Origin: Actinomycetes bacterium
Lineage (GTDB): Bacteria > Actinomycetota > Thermoleophilia > Gaiellales > Gaiellaceae
Reading direction: 5' to 3'
Assembly: GCA_031370755.1 (NCBI GenBank)
Contig: JANMQZ010000093.1
Location: forward strand, 576-64,575
DNA: 64,000 nucleotides
The translations under genes were made by a program, and so were the position numbers. Below, in pieces: positions 48,908-57,261 of the stretch (its first letter is position 1; each line of letters begins with the position of its first letter). The notes below the pieces were generated by a model. That model did not search any database, was not told the DNA's origin, and saw only the letters and a program-made list of their open reading frames with translations.

Positions 48908-49530
48908 AGCGGATCTTGTGGGACGTCGACACGCAGGTCGACTTCATGGAGCCGTCAGGGAAGCTCTACGTCCCGGATGCGAAGCAGATCGCGCCGGCGT
49001 TGGAGCGGCTGATCGACGCCGGGCGCGCAGCCGGCCTCACGCACATCGCCTCCGCCGACGACCACGAGCTCACCGATCCCGAGATCTCCGAATCGCCCGA
49101 CCTCCGCAACACCTTTCCGCCCCACTGCTTGCGGGGCACGCGCGGGGCCGAGAAGATTCTCGAGACGAAACAGCGTGACCCTTTGCCGTTCTCCCTCGTT
49201 CCATTCCCGCCGGGCCTCGTGCCGGGCATGATCGAGGGCAAGCGGGAGCTCCTGCTCCTGAAGAAGAACTTCGACGTGTTCACGAATCCAAACACCCAAC
49301 CGTTGCTCGAGGCGCTCGATCCGGACGAGATCGTGGTCTTCGGCGTTGCAACGGATGTCTGCGACGACGCCGCGATCCGCGGCTTTCTCCAGCGCGGGCG
49401 ACGTGTCGTCTTCGTCGAGGACGCCGCCAGGGGCCTCGACGAGGCGCGGACGCAGGCCTGCGTTGCCTCCTGGCGCGACGGCGGAGTCGAGCTCAAGACC
49501 GCGGAGGAGGTGATTGCCTCCCTCGGCTAA
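48904..49530 (+). CDS. pncA: Isochorismatase family nicotinamidase
   Basis: GTGA overlap. LWDVDTQVDF (Asp), KKNFDVF (Lys), FGVATDVCD (Cys). Confidence 0.8.
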   Translation: MKRILWDVDTQVDFMEPSGKLYVPDAKQIAPALERLIDAGRAAGLTHIASADDHELTDPEISESPDLRNTFPPHCLRGTRGAEKILETKQRDPLPFSLVPFPPGLVPGMIEGKRELLLLKKNFDVFTNPNTQPLLEALDPDEIVVFGVATDVCDDAAIRGFLQRGRRVVFVEDAARGLDEARTQACVASWRDGGVELKTAEEVIASLG

Positions 49531-49565
49531 GGGATCCGTCCCAGCGTGCCGATGAGGAAAAAACG

Positions 49566-51095
49566 ATGGTGGGGGACTGGTTCCACGCTTTGGCCAATTT
49601 CGCGACGACGTGGCTGCCGCTCGCGTTTTTCGCGATCCTCGTCCTGACCGCATGGCTTCTCTGGAAGACCGTCGGGATGATGCCGCGCGTCCGCCCGCAG
49701 CATCTCGACTCGCGGGCGAAGTCGCACGTCACGTGGGCCGACGTCGCAGGCGTCGAAGAGGTCCGCGCCGAGCTGATGGAGGTCGTCGACTTCCTGCGCG
49801 AGCCGAAGCGGTTCGAGCGTCTCGGCGCCAAGGTGCCGAAGGGGCTCCTGCTGTACGGGCCGCCCGGAACCGGCAAGACGCTGCTCGCAAAGGCCGTCGC
49901 GCACGAGTCCGGCGCAAACTTCTATTCCGCGAGCGCATCGTCGTTCGTCGAGATGTTCGCCGGCCTCGGCGCCGCCCGCATCCGCAAGCTTTTCGCCGAG
50001 GCGCGCAAGCACGCTCCGGCAATCGTTTTCATCGACGAGCTCGACGCCGTCGGCGCGCAGCGCAGCGGTCACGGCTTCAACCGCGAGCAGGATCAGACGC
50101 TGAACCAGCTGCTCGTCGAGCTCGACGGGTTCGAAGGTGCCGAGCAGGTCGTCGTCATGGGCGCGTCGAACCGCATCCAAGATCTCGACCAGGCGCTCCT
50201 GCGTCCGGGCCGGTTCGACCGGCAGATGCTCGTGCCGCCGCCGGACCTCAAGGGCCGCACCGCGATCCTCGAGGTGCACACGCGCGGCAAGCCGCTCGCG
50301 CCCGACGTCGACCTGTCGCAGGTCGCGCGCCAGACGAGCGGTCTCACCGGTGCAGAGCTCGCCAACATCTGCAACGAGGCGGCGATCTTCGCCGGCCGGC
50401 GCGACGATGCGTTCCTCACCCAGGTCGACTTCGACGCCGCACTCGAGCGCGTCGTCGCCGGGCTGCAGCAGAAGAAGGTGCTGACCGAGAAGGAGCGGCG
50501 CATCCTCGCGTATCACGAAGGCGGCCACGCATTGATGGCGCACCTGATGGGCGCGGCGATGGAGCTTCAGAAGGTGACGATCGTGTCGCGCGGCGAAGCA
50601 CTCGGCTACGCGTTCTATCTTCCCGAGGAGGACCGCTATCTCCATACGAAGGAAGAGCTCATCGATCGCATGACCGTTGCCCTCGCCGGTCGCGCGGCCG
50701 AGGAGGTCGTGTTCGGGCGCGTCACGAACGGCGCCGCGAACGATCTCGAGAAGGTCACCGACATCGCGCGCTCGATGGTCTTCGAGTGGGGAATGGCGGA
50801 CAGCGTTTCCTCCCGCACGCTCCGCGCCGACAACTACGCATTGTCGGAGGAGACGAAGCGGCTACGCGACTCCGAGCAGGCCAATCTCACGGATGGCGCC
50901 TACGAGGAGGCGCTGCGCCTGCTCCAGAAGCACCGTGCACCGCTCGATCGGCTCGCGACGGCTCTGCTCGAACGGGAGACGCTCGTCCGCGAAGAGGTGA
51001 TCGTGCTCCTCGGCGACATCGAGGCAGAGTCACGCGCCTCGGATAGCGTCGGTGTGCCGCGCGTCGTCGCAGCGAAGCAGTCCCCGCTTAGCTAG
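49566..51095 (+). CDS. FtsH-like ATP-dependent zinc metalloprotease, short form (509 aa, single TM, no periplasmic domain)
   Basis: GPPGTGKTLLAKA, IVFIDELDA, second region of homology, Zn site HEGGHAL. N-terminus has one TM only. GAGGA SD. Confidence 0.9.
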   Translation: MVGDWFHALANFATTWLPLAFFAILVLTAWLLWKTVGMMPRVRPQHLDSRAKSHVTWADVAGVEEVRAELMEVVDFLREPKRFERLGAKVPKGLLLYGPPGTGKTLLAKAVAHESGANFYSASASSFVEMFAGLGAARIRKLFAEARKHAPAIVFIDELDAVGAQRSGHGFNREQDQTLNQLLVELDGFEGAEQVVVMGASNRIQDLDQALLRPGRFDRQMLVPPPDLKGRTAILEVHTRGKPLAPDVDLSQVARQTSGLTGAELANICNEAAIFAGRRDDAFLTQVDFDAALERVVAGLQQKKVLTEKERRILAYHEGGHALMAHLMGAAMELQKVTIVSRGEALGYAFYLPEEDRYLHTKEELIDRMTVALAGRAAEEVVFGRVTNGAANDLEKVTDIARSMVFEWGMADSVSSRTLRADNYALSEETKRLRDSEQANLTDGAYEEALRLLQKHRAPLDRLATALLERETLVREEVIVLLGDIEAESRASDSVGVPRVVAAKQSPLS

Positions 51096-51772
51096 CCCGT
51101 ACCGAGCTTGCTCATGTCGACCGCGCCCTTCGGTGCGGTGATCGATACGGTGTCGTTCCAGTTGTCGAACGTGATCGTGCCCTTGTCCTTGCCGCCGACG
51201 ATTGCGACGGGGTACGGCGTGCCGGTCGAGGCGACGTAGAGCGTCCCACCCTCCGTGGTGTCCGTGATCGCGACGACCTTCTGTCCCTTGAAGGTCGTCT
51301 CTCCCTTGTTCTCGAGCTTGCCGTGCGAGCCGAGCGCGCCGTTGAAGAGCTTCCCGATGTCGGTGAGCGGCGCGAGCGCGGCGAGGTCGCCGACCGTCGC
51401 CGAGCCCTGTAGCCACTTGCCGTGCAGGAGCTGTGCGCCTGCGGCACCCGCGAACTTGCGCAGGAACGCGTCGCTGCCCTTGATGTACGCCTTGTTGCCG
51501 ACGCGGATGATCTCGAACTTCAGGCCCGACTCCGACATCGTCCCCTGGCCGCCTGCGTCCTTCACGATCGTGATGTCCAGCGTGAGCGCCTGGCCCGCGT
51601 CGCTGATCGCCCCGGACACGTGCACGGCCTTCGCCGACGTGGCCGCGGTCTTCGCGTCGCTCACGACCTGATCGGCCGCCTTCGTCGCCTCACCGTTCGA
51701 TTTCGAGCCGCCGCCGCAGGCGGCCGCGGCGAGCGCGAGGACGACGAGGGCGGGGAGGAGGCGCCGTGCCAC
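51092..51772 (-). CDS. Lipoprotein of unknown function (LolA/LppX-like size and composition)
   Basis: GTG 51772 gives VARRLLPALVVLALAAAAC-GGG lipobox. The rest of track ORF 51092..52321 is antisense to the epimerase gene. Confidence 0.7.
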   Translation of the reverse strand: MARRLLPALVVLALAAAACGGGSKSNGEATKAADQVVSDAKTAATSAKAVHVSGAISDAGQALTLDITIVKDAGGQGTMSESGLKFEIIRVGNKAYIKGSDAFLRKFAGAAGAQLLHGKWLQGSATVGDLAALAPLTDIGKLFNGALGSHGKLENKGETTFKGQKVVAITDTTEGGTLYVASTGTPYPVAIVGGKDKGTITFDNWNDTVSITAPKGAVDMSKLGTG

Positions 51773-51796
51773 GGGCGCGACAGTAACATCGGGCGA

Positions 51797-52201
51797 GTGG
51801 AGGCGCTTGGGATTCATCACGTCGGCGTCGCGGTCTCCGACCTCGACGAGGCGGTGGCCACGTACGAGCGCCTGTTCGGCGGCAGGCTCGAGCACCGCGA
51901 GCGCGTCGAAGCGCAAGGTGTCGAGGCGGCGTCGATCCGCGTCGGCGAGAGCCGGGTCGAGCTCCTCGCGGCACTCGGCGCCGACACGCCGGTCGGGCGG
52001 TTCCTCGCGAAGCGCGGCCCGGGCATGCACCACCTCGCCTACGAGGTGGACGACCTTCGCGCAGCGCTCGCCGATCTCACCGAGCAGGGCGCCGAGCTGA
52101 TCGACGACGAGCCTCGCCTCGGGCTGTTCGGGCTCGAGGTCGCCTTCATTCATCCAAATTCGGTTCACGGTGTTCTCTCGGAGGTGGTGTCGAGTGGCTA
52201 A
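51797..52201 (+). CDS. mce: Methylmalonyl-CoA epimerase (VOC/glyoxalase fold)
   Basis: LGIHHVGVAVSDLDEAVATY, GPGMHHLAYEVDD, FIHPNSVHGVLSE. Confidence 0.82.
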   Translation: MEALGIHHVGVAVSDLDEAVATYERLFGGRLEHRERVEAQGVEAASIRVGESRVELLAALGADTPVGRFLAKRGPGMHHLAYEVDDLRAALADLTEQGAELIDDEPRLGLFGLEVAFIHPNSVHGVLSEVVSSG

Positions 52202-52424
52202 TGACGAACGCGTGCGCGTCGAGGTCGGGTTCGAGGGCGGGCAGGTGATCGGCGGCTTCGTCGATGCGGCCTCCGCCGCCGAGCTCGAGCGAGCATTGCA
52301 CGAGGATGGCCCCCGGGTCATCGTCCTCGAGACGGAGGACGGCCCATACCACGTCGTCGTGCCGCGTGTGTCGTATTTCAGGCGCTACAGCCGGGCAAGC
52401 CGCGTCGGGTTCGCGTCGGGCTGA
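52194..52424 (+). CDS. Small 76-aa protein, DUF3107-like by pattern
   Basis: GTG 52194 overlaps the epimerase stop. VRVEVGFEGGQVIGGFVDAASAAELERALHEDGPRVIVLETEDGPYHVVVPRVSYF resembles the DUF3107 layout from memory only. Confidence 0.5.
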   Translation: MANDERVRVEVGFEGGQVIGGFVDAASAAELERALHEDGPRVIVLETEDGPYHVVVPRVSYFRRYSRASRVGFASG

Positions 52425-52442
52425 GTGGGGAAGGTCTGAGGG

Positions 52443-53018
52443 GTGAGCACCGGAGCATCCGAGAAACCGCCGCGCGAGTCGACGGAGAACGTCCGCAAGC
52501 TCGTCGACCGGGCCCAGAAGGGCGATCGCGCGGCGCTCGAGGAGCTGTACCTGATCCATTTCGACCGGATCTACAGCTATCTGCACGTGAGCGTCGGCAA
52601 CAAGCACGACGCCGAGGACCTCACGACGCAGACGTTCCTGAAGATGCTCGAGTCGATCGGCAAGTTCCGCTGGCAGTCGGCCCCGTTCTCCGCCTGGCTC
52701 TTTCGCATCGCGCACAACCTCGCGATGGACCACTTCCGGAGCCGCCGTCGCTGGCAGCCCGAGGCGGAGGTGCCGGAGCCGCTCGACTCCGAGGAGCCGT
52801 CGGCTGAGCTCGAAGCGATGCAGTCGATCGGCCGCGAGTCGATGCTCGAGCTGATCGAGAAGCTCTCACCCGAGCAGCAGCAGGTGCTGACGCTGAAATT
52901 CGTCTTCAACTTCCCGAACGGCGACGTCGCGAAGATCCTCGACAAGACCGAAGGCGCGATCAAGTCGTTGCAGCATCGCGCGCTCGCGTCGCTGCAGAAA
53001 CAGATCTCCCAGAAATAG
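52443..53018 (+). CDS. ECF-type RNA polymerase sigma-70 family factor
   Basis: Region 2 DAEDLTTQTFLKMLESIGKF...FSAWLFRIAHNLAMDHFR. Region 4 LSPEQQQVLTLKFVFNFPNGDVAKILDKTEGAIKSLQHRA. Confidence 0.9.
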   Translation: MSTGASEKPPRESTENVRKLVDRAQKGDRAALEELYLIHFDRIYSYLHVSVGNKHDAEDLTTQTFLKMLESIGKFRWQSAPFSAWLFRIAHNLAMDHFRSRRRWQPEAEVPEPLDSEEPSAELEAMQSIGRESMLELIEKLSPEQQQVLTLKFVFNFPNGDVAKILDKTEGAIKSLQHRALASLQKQISQK

Positions 53019-53932
53019 TGGCGCTGGAGATCGGGATCGTGGGCCTGCCGAGCTCCGGCAAGTCGATGCTGTTCGAGGCCCTCACCGGCGCGCGCGCGAG
53101 CGGCGAGGTGGGGATGGCGGCCATTCCGGATCCGCGCCTGCAGCAGCTCGCCGACGTCGTCGACGCGCGCAAGGTGACCCCCGCAGCGATTCGCGTCGTC
53201 GAGGTGCGCGGCACCGGGCCGGCGCTGCTCGGCAACCTGCGCCAGGTCGACGCACTCCTCGTCGTACTAGACGGCTTCTCGGGGACGCGCGTCCCGGACG
53301 ACGATCTCGAGACGCTCAAGCTCGAGTTGCTCGTCGCCGATCGCGATCACGTCGAGAAGCGCGTCGAGCGCGTCACGAAGCAGGCCAAGTCGGGTGACCC
53401 GAACCTGAAGAAGGAAGCCGAACAGCTCGAGCGCCTGCTCGCGCATCTCGACTCGGGGAAGACGCTCGCCGACTGGACGGAGGAGCTTCCGCCCGAGCTC
53501 GACCCGTTGACGACGAAGCCGTTGATCGCGATCGAGAACGGGCCGAAGGGCACCGACCTCAAGCTCGAGGCGGAGCTTGCGGAGCTGCCGCCAGAGGAAG
53601 CTGCGGAGTTCCGCGGCGCCGATACCGCATCCGCGCTCGGCGAGGTGGTGCGGCGCCTCGCGGAGACACTCGACCTGATCACGTTCTTCACCGCCGGGGA
53701 GAAGGAGACCCGCGCCTGGACGCTACGCCGCGGCCAGACGGCGATCGACGCTGCGGCGACGATCCACACCGACATCGCGCGCGGCTTCATCCGGTGTGAG
53801 GTCCTGCGCTGGGACGACCTCGTCGCCGCGGGCTCGCACGCCGAGGCGTCGCGCGCCGGCAAGCAGCGCCTCGAGGGCAAGACGTACGTCGTCGAGGACG
53901 GCGACGTGCTGAACGTCCGCTTCAACATCTAG
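53018..53932 (+). CDS. YchF-like protein with degenerate NTPase motifs and intact DUF933/TGS-like C-terminus
   Basis: G1 GLPSSGKS is present. The DIAGL-type G3 reads EVRGT. C-terminus [40 protein letters not shown]...[24 protein letters not shown] 1-nt overlap with the sigma gene. Confidence 0.8.
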   Translation: MALEIGIVGLPSSGKSMLFEALTGARASGEVGMAAIPDPRLQQLADVVDARKVTPAAIRVVEVRGTGPALLGNLRQVDALLVVLDGFSGTRVPDDDLETLKLELLVADRDHVEKRVERVTKQAKSGDPNLKKEAEQLERLLAHLDSGKTLADWTEELPPELDPLTTKPLIAIENGPKGTDLKLEAELAELPPEEAAEFRGADTASALGEVVRRLAETLDLITFFTAGEKETRAWTLRRGQTAIDAAATIHTDIARGFIRCEVLRWDDLVAAGSHAEASRAGKQRLEGKTYVVEDGDVLNVRFNI

Positions 53933-53944
53933 GAGCTTGCTGAA

Positions 53945-53977
53945 GGTGCCTGGCTCCGCGAAGCGGTGCCAGGCACC
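53945..53977. terminator. 33-nt near-perfect hairpin shared by ychF-like (plus) and the Cys-rich mini-ORF (minus)
   Basis: GGTGCCTGGC-T-CCGC-GAA-GCGG-T-GCCAGGCACC. Confidence 0.65.
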
Positions 53978-53989
53978 GCTGTCTCTCGC

Positions 53990-54046
53990 TCAGCAGCAGT
54001 CGTCGCCGTCGCAACAGTCGCCACCGGGCGTACACGTGTCGCTCAT
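53990..54046 (-). CDS. Candidate 18-aa Cys/Asp-rich peptide MSDTCTPGGDCCDGDDCC
   Basis: Hand translation (too short for the ORF track). AAGGAGG lies 5 nt before the ATG. TATAAT on the same strand at 54084..54079. Hairpin downstream. Divergent from arsR. Confidence 0.5.
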   Translation of the reverse strand: MSDTCTPGGDCCDGDDCC

Positions 54047-54060
54047 CCGCTCCTCCTTCC

Positions 54061-54099
54061 ATCGATAGATGTCGATATATTATATTGAGGTCTGTCGAT
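54061..54099. promoter_or_regulatory. AT-rich divergent promoter/operator region with repeated (A/G)TCGAT hexamers
   Basis: ATCGAT 54061..54066, GTCGAT 54071..54076 and 54094..54099. ATATATTATATT core 54075..54086. Confidence 0.5.
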
Positions 54100-54424
54100 G
54101 AAGACAATCGCGACACTTCCCGTGCTCTGTTGCGGCCCCGGCGTCGAGACGCTTGCTCCCGCTGAGAGCGACGAGCTCGCCGCGCGGTTCAAGGCGCTCG
54201 CCGATCCGACGCGTGTCGCGATCGTGAATCGCCTCGCCGCAACGGAGGAGTGCTGCGTCTGCGACCTGAACGCCGCCTTCGACCTCTCGCAGCCGACGAT
54301 CTCGCACCACCTGAAGGTGCTGCGCGACGCCGGGCTCGTCGAGTCGAGCCGTCGCGGGACGTGGGCGTACTACCGGCTCGTGCCGGACGCCGTGCGGGCG
54401 CTTCGTCAGACTCTCGGGGGATGA
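54098..54424 (+). CDS. ArsR/SmtB family metalloregulator (thiolate-rich, CadC/ArsR-like sites)
   Basis: N-terminal LCCGPG, ADPTRVAIVNRLAATEECCVCDL, wHTH SQPTISHHLKVLRDAGLV. Confidence 0.9.
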   Translation: MKTIATLPVLCCGPGVETLAPAESDELAARFKALADPTRVAIVNRLAATEECCVCDLNAAFDLSQPTISHHLKVLRDAGLVESSRRGTWAYYRLVPDAVRALRQTLGG

Positions 54425-55599
54425 GCGCAGCGCTCGCACGGCGGACCGGCGTGCCGGTCGCCTGCTATCTCGTGCTTGTGGGAGTCGCGATCAGCGTCGT
54501 CCCCGGCATCCATGCGATCCGCTTGCCGCCGGACGTCGTCTTCTACGGCTTTCTCCCTCCGTTGCTCTACTCGGCCGCGTTCCTGACCGCGCCGCGCGAC
54601 GTGCGGGAGAACTGGCTCTCGATTCTGCTCCTCGCGTTCGGTCTCACCGCCGCGACGCTCTTTGCCGTCGGAGCCGCCGTCTGGGCCGCGGTCGCCGCGC
54701 TCGGTGCGGGCGGCGCCTTCCTGCTCGGTGCCGTGCTCGGCCCGACCGATCCCGTCAGCGCGACGTCGATCATCGGCTCGACGTCAGCGCCGGCGAAGCT
54801 GCGGACGATCCTCGAGGCGGAGAGCCTCGTCAACGACGGTATCGGTCTCGTCGCGTTTTCGATCGCGCTCACCGCGGTCGAGCGCGGGACGTACTCGGTC
54901 GGCGACGGCGTGCTGAGGTTCGTGCAGCTCTCGCTCGGCGGTGTCGCCTTCGGCATCGTCGTCGGATTCCTCGTCGAGCGGCTGCGCCACCGCCTGCACG
55001 ACGTCCGGGTCGAGATCCCCATTTCCGTCCTCACGCCGTATCTCGCCTACGTCCCGGCGGAGAAGCTGCACGTGTCGGGGATCCTCGCCACGGTCGCCTG
55101 CGGCGTCTACCTCGGCTGGCGCTCGGATGGCATCTTCCGCGCATCGGTGCGTCCGCAGTCCGTTGCGTTCTGGAACGTCCTGACGTTCGTGCTGAGCTCG
55201 TTGCTGTTCGTGCTCCTGGGGACGCAGTTCCGCGTCGTCGTGAACGGCCTCAGCGGCTTCTCGACGTGGGCGCTTGTGCGCGATGCTGCCCTCGTCTTTG
55301 CGGTCGTGGTCGCCGTGCGATTGATCTGGATGTTCACCGTGCCGCATCTCGTCGCGGTCTTCGGACGCAGCCGCGCGTGGGCCGAGATCGATCCGTGGCG
55401 TGACCGCTTCATCCTCGGCTGGTCGGGCATGCGCGGCGCGCTCTCGCTGGCTGCGGCGTTGTCGATTCCCGCGAGCGTTGCGCATCGCGACGAGATTCTC
55501 TTCCTGACGTTCACGACGGTTCTCGCCTCGATCCTCGTGCTTGGGATTCCGCTGCCGTGGCTGCTTGACCGGCTCGGTTTTCGAGCTAGCCCGCGCTGA
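54421..55599 (+). CDS. CPA1 family cation/proton antiporter (NhaP-type), short N-terminus
   Basis: ATGA overlap with arsR. FLPPLLYSAAF, GAVLGPTDPVSA, ESLVNDGIGLV, GWSGMRGALSLAAAL. Confidence 0.85.
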   Translation: MSAALARRTGVPVACYLVLVGVAISVVPGIHAIRLPPDVVFYGFLPPLLYSAAFLTAPRDVRENWLSILLLAFGLTAATLFAVGAAVWAAVAALGAGGAFLLGAVLGPTDPVSATSIIGSTSAPAKLRTILEAESLVNDGIGLVAFSIALTAVERGTYSVGDGVLRFVQLSLGGVAFGIVVGFLVERLRHRLHDVRVEIPISVLTPYLAYVPAEKLHVSGILATVACGVYLGWRSDGIFRASVRPQSVAFWNVLTFVLSSLLFVLLGTQFRVVVNGLSGFSTWALVRDAALVFAVVVAVRLIWMFTVPHLVAVFGRSRAWAEIDPWRDRFILGWSGMRGALSLAAALSIPASVAHRDEILFLTFTTVLASILVLGIPLPWLLDRLGFRASPR

Positions 55600-56422
55600 T
55601 CAAGGCAACACCGGTGAGCGCGAGCGCGACGCCGGCAAGCTGCGGCCGCGCGACGCGCTCGGCGAGCAGCACGCGCGCGAGCACGACGAGCACGATCGGG
55701 TAGAGCGACGAGAGAACGGCGACGACGCTCAGCAGGCCGCGCGTCGACGCAGCACCGAAGAGCAGCGTCGCGCCCGTGTCGGCGATGCCGACGCCGGCGA
55801 GCAGCAGCCAGCCCCGGGACGACTTCGGCAACTGCGGCTTGAGCATGAGCACAGCGATCAAGACGAGCGGCACGACCACGGCACGCATTGTGAACACGGC
55901 CCACGCGGTGCCACCGGGCGCCGCGCGGCTGAGACCGATGAGCGAGCCGCCGAACAACAGTGCCGCCATCAGCGCCAGCCCGACGCCAACGCCGAACCGG
56001 TGCGCCGCGCGTTCGGGCACATGCTCCAGCGACGCAGCGATGACGCCGACGACTGCAAGCGCGACGCCGACGCCTTGCATCGTCGAAGGCCGCTCGCCGC
56101 GCGCAAGGCCGTATGCGACAGGCACAATCGCCGCCGTCGCGGTGATGGGACCGACGATGCCCATCGTTCCGATCGCAAGCGCGCGATAGAACGCGCCGAT
56201 GCCGACGACTCCGATCAGCCCCGCGAACACCGCCCAGGCAAATTGCGTGCGCGACGGCGTCGAGTGGCTCGTTGCGAGCACGACCACGCCGGCGAGCAGC
56301 AGTCCCGCACTCTGCCCGATCGCAGCGACGACGAGCACCGGCAGCCGACGCGCGCCGACGCCCGCACCGAAATCGGCGAAGCCCCACGCGAGGCTCGCGG
56401 CGAGCGCGAGGAGGACGCTCAC
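55586..56422 (-). CDS. EamA/DMT family transporter
   Basis: 10-TM protein. LAASLAWGFADFGAG. Two EamA-like halves. Confidence 0.85.
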   Translation of the reverse strand: MSVLLALAASLAWGFADFGAGVGARRLPVLVVAAIGQSAGLLLAGVVVLATSHSTPSRTQFAWAVFAGLIGVVGIGAFYRALAIGTMGIVGPITATAAIVPVAYGLARGERPSTMQGVGVALAVVGVIAASLEHVPERAAHRFGVGVGLALMAALLFGGSLIGLSRAAPGGTAWAVFTMRAVVVPLVLIAVLMLKPQLPKSSRGWLLLAGVGIADTGATLLFGAASTRGLLSVVAVLSSLYPIVLVVLARVLLAERVARPQLAGVALALTGVALISAG

Positions 56423-57249
56423 TCGTTGACGGGTCTTGTCGCCGCGACGGCGTCAAGCTGGTTCGCGTGGTACAGCACCGCAGCCTCTGCGGTGCGCGCA
56501 CCGCGCACATCGTGGTGACAGGACACCGCGTGCAGCACTTCCGCGCGCACGGTTGTGTCGAGCATCTCACCGCGTTCTTCGATCAGGCGAAGACCGAGAT
56601 GCACGTGACCGAGCAGGCGACCTTCGTCCGTCTGGCGGAACACGGGACCGCGCCCGAGCTCGAGCACACGACCGACGTCGTGCACGAGCGCGGCGGCGAG
56701 CAGGAGATCGTGGCGAAGCCGCTGATGCAGTTGCGCGGTCTCGCGACAGAGCGTCGCGACACCGACCGTGTGCTCGAGCAGCCCGCCCGCGTACGAGTGA
56801 TGCCCGTCGATCGTCGCGGGAAGAACGCGGAACGCAGCGCGAGCATCCTTGTCGAGCACGCGGTCGACGAGCGCCTGCAGCCCCGGATGCGTGATCTCGG
56901 CGGCGAGAAACTCGAGAAAGCCTTCGAGCTCGTCCGCGTCGCGCCGCATCGCCGGCGCCATCGCGGAAGGATCGACGTCTTCCGCGGGCTCGAGCGTCCG
57001 CACGTCGAGCTGAAGGCGATCGCGGAAACGCTCGACGCGTCCGAGCACGCGCACGGCGTCGCCCTCTGCGAAACGGGTGTCGAGCAGCTCGACGTCGTTC
57101 CAGACGCGCGCAGAGATGCGCCCGCTCGGGTCGACGAGCTCGAGCGCCAGATAGGGCGCGCCGTTCTTCGTGTGCAGGCGTTGCTTCTTCGCCACCGCGT
57201 ACACGCCCTCAACGGTGCGGTTCTCCTCGAGCTGGGCGATCGCGGTCAC
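56419..57249 (-). CDS. OB-fold plus HD-domain protein (YhaM-like 3'-5' exoribonuclease)
   Basis: N-terminal OB fold (YLALELVDPSGRISARVW), HD motif HHSYAGGLLEHTV...LVHDVG. Confidence 0.75.
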   Translation of the reverse strand: MTAIAQLEENRTVEGVYAVAKKQRLHTKNGAPYLALELVDPSGRISARVWNDVELLDTRFAEGDAVRVLGRVERFRDRLQLDVRTLEPAEDVDPSAMAPAMRRDADELEGFLEFLAAEITHPGLQALVDRVLDKDARAAFRVLPATIDGHHSYAGGLLEHTVGVATLCRETAQLHQRLRHDLLLAAALVHDVGRVLELGRGPVFRQTDEGRLLGHVHLGLRLIEERGEMLDTTVRAEVLHAVSCHHDVRGARTAEAAVLYHANQLDAVAATRPVNE

Positions 57250-57261
57250 GGCACCACCACT

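Noticed and set aside
51773-52321. Upstream 180 codons of the 409-aa minus-strand ORF 51092..52321.
   Set aside because: They are antisense to the methylmalonyl-CoA epimerase and the small downstream ORF. The lipoprotein signal peptide begins at GTG 51772.
53922-54116. 64-aa minus-strand ORF from the track spanning the arsR control region.
   Set aside because: It crosses the terminator hairpin and the AT-rich promoter, has no SD and is Arg/Leu-rich. The 18-codon ORF in another frame, which has a strong SD, explains the region better.
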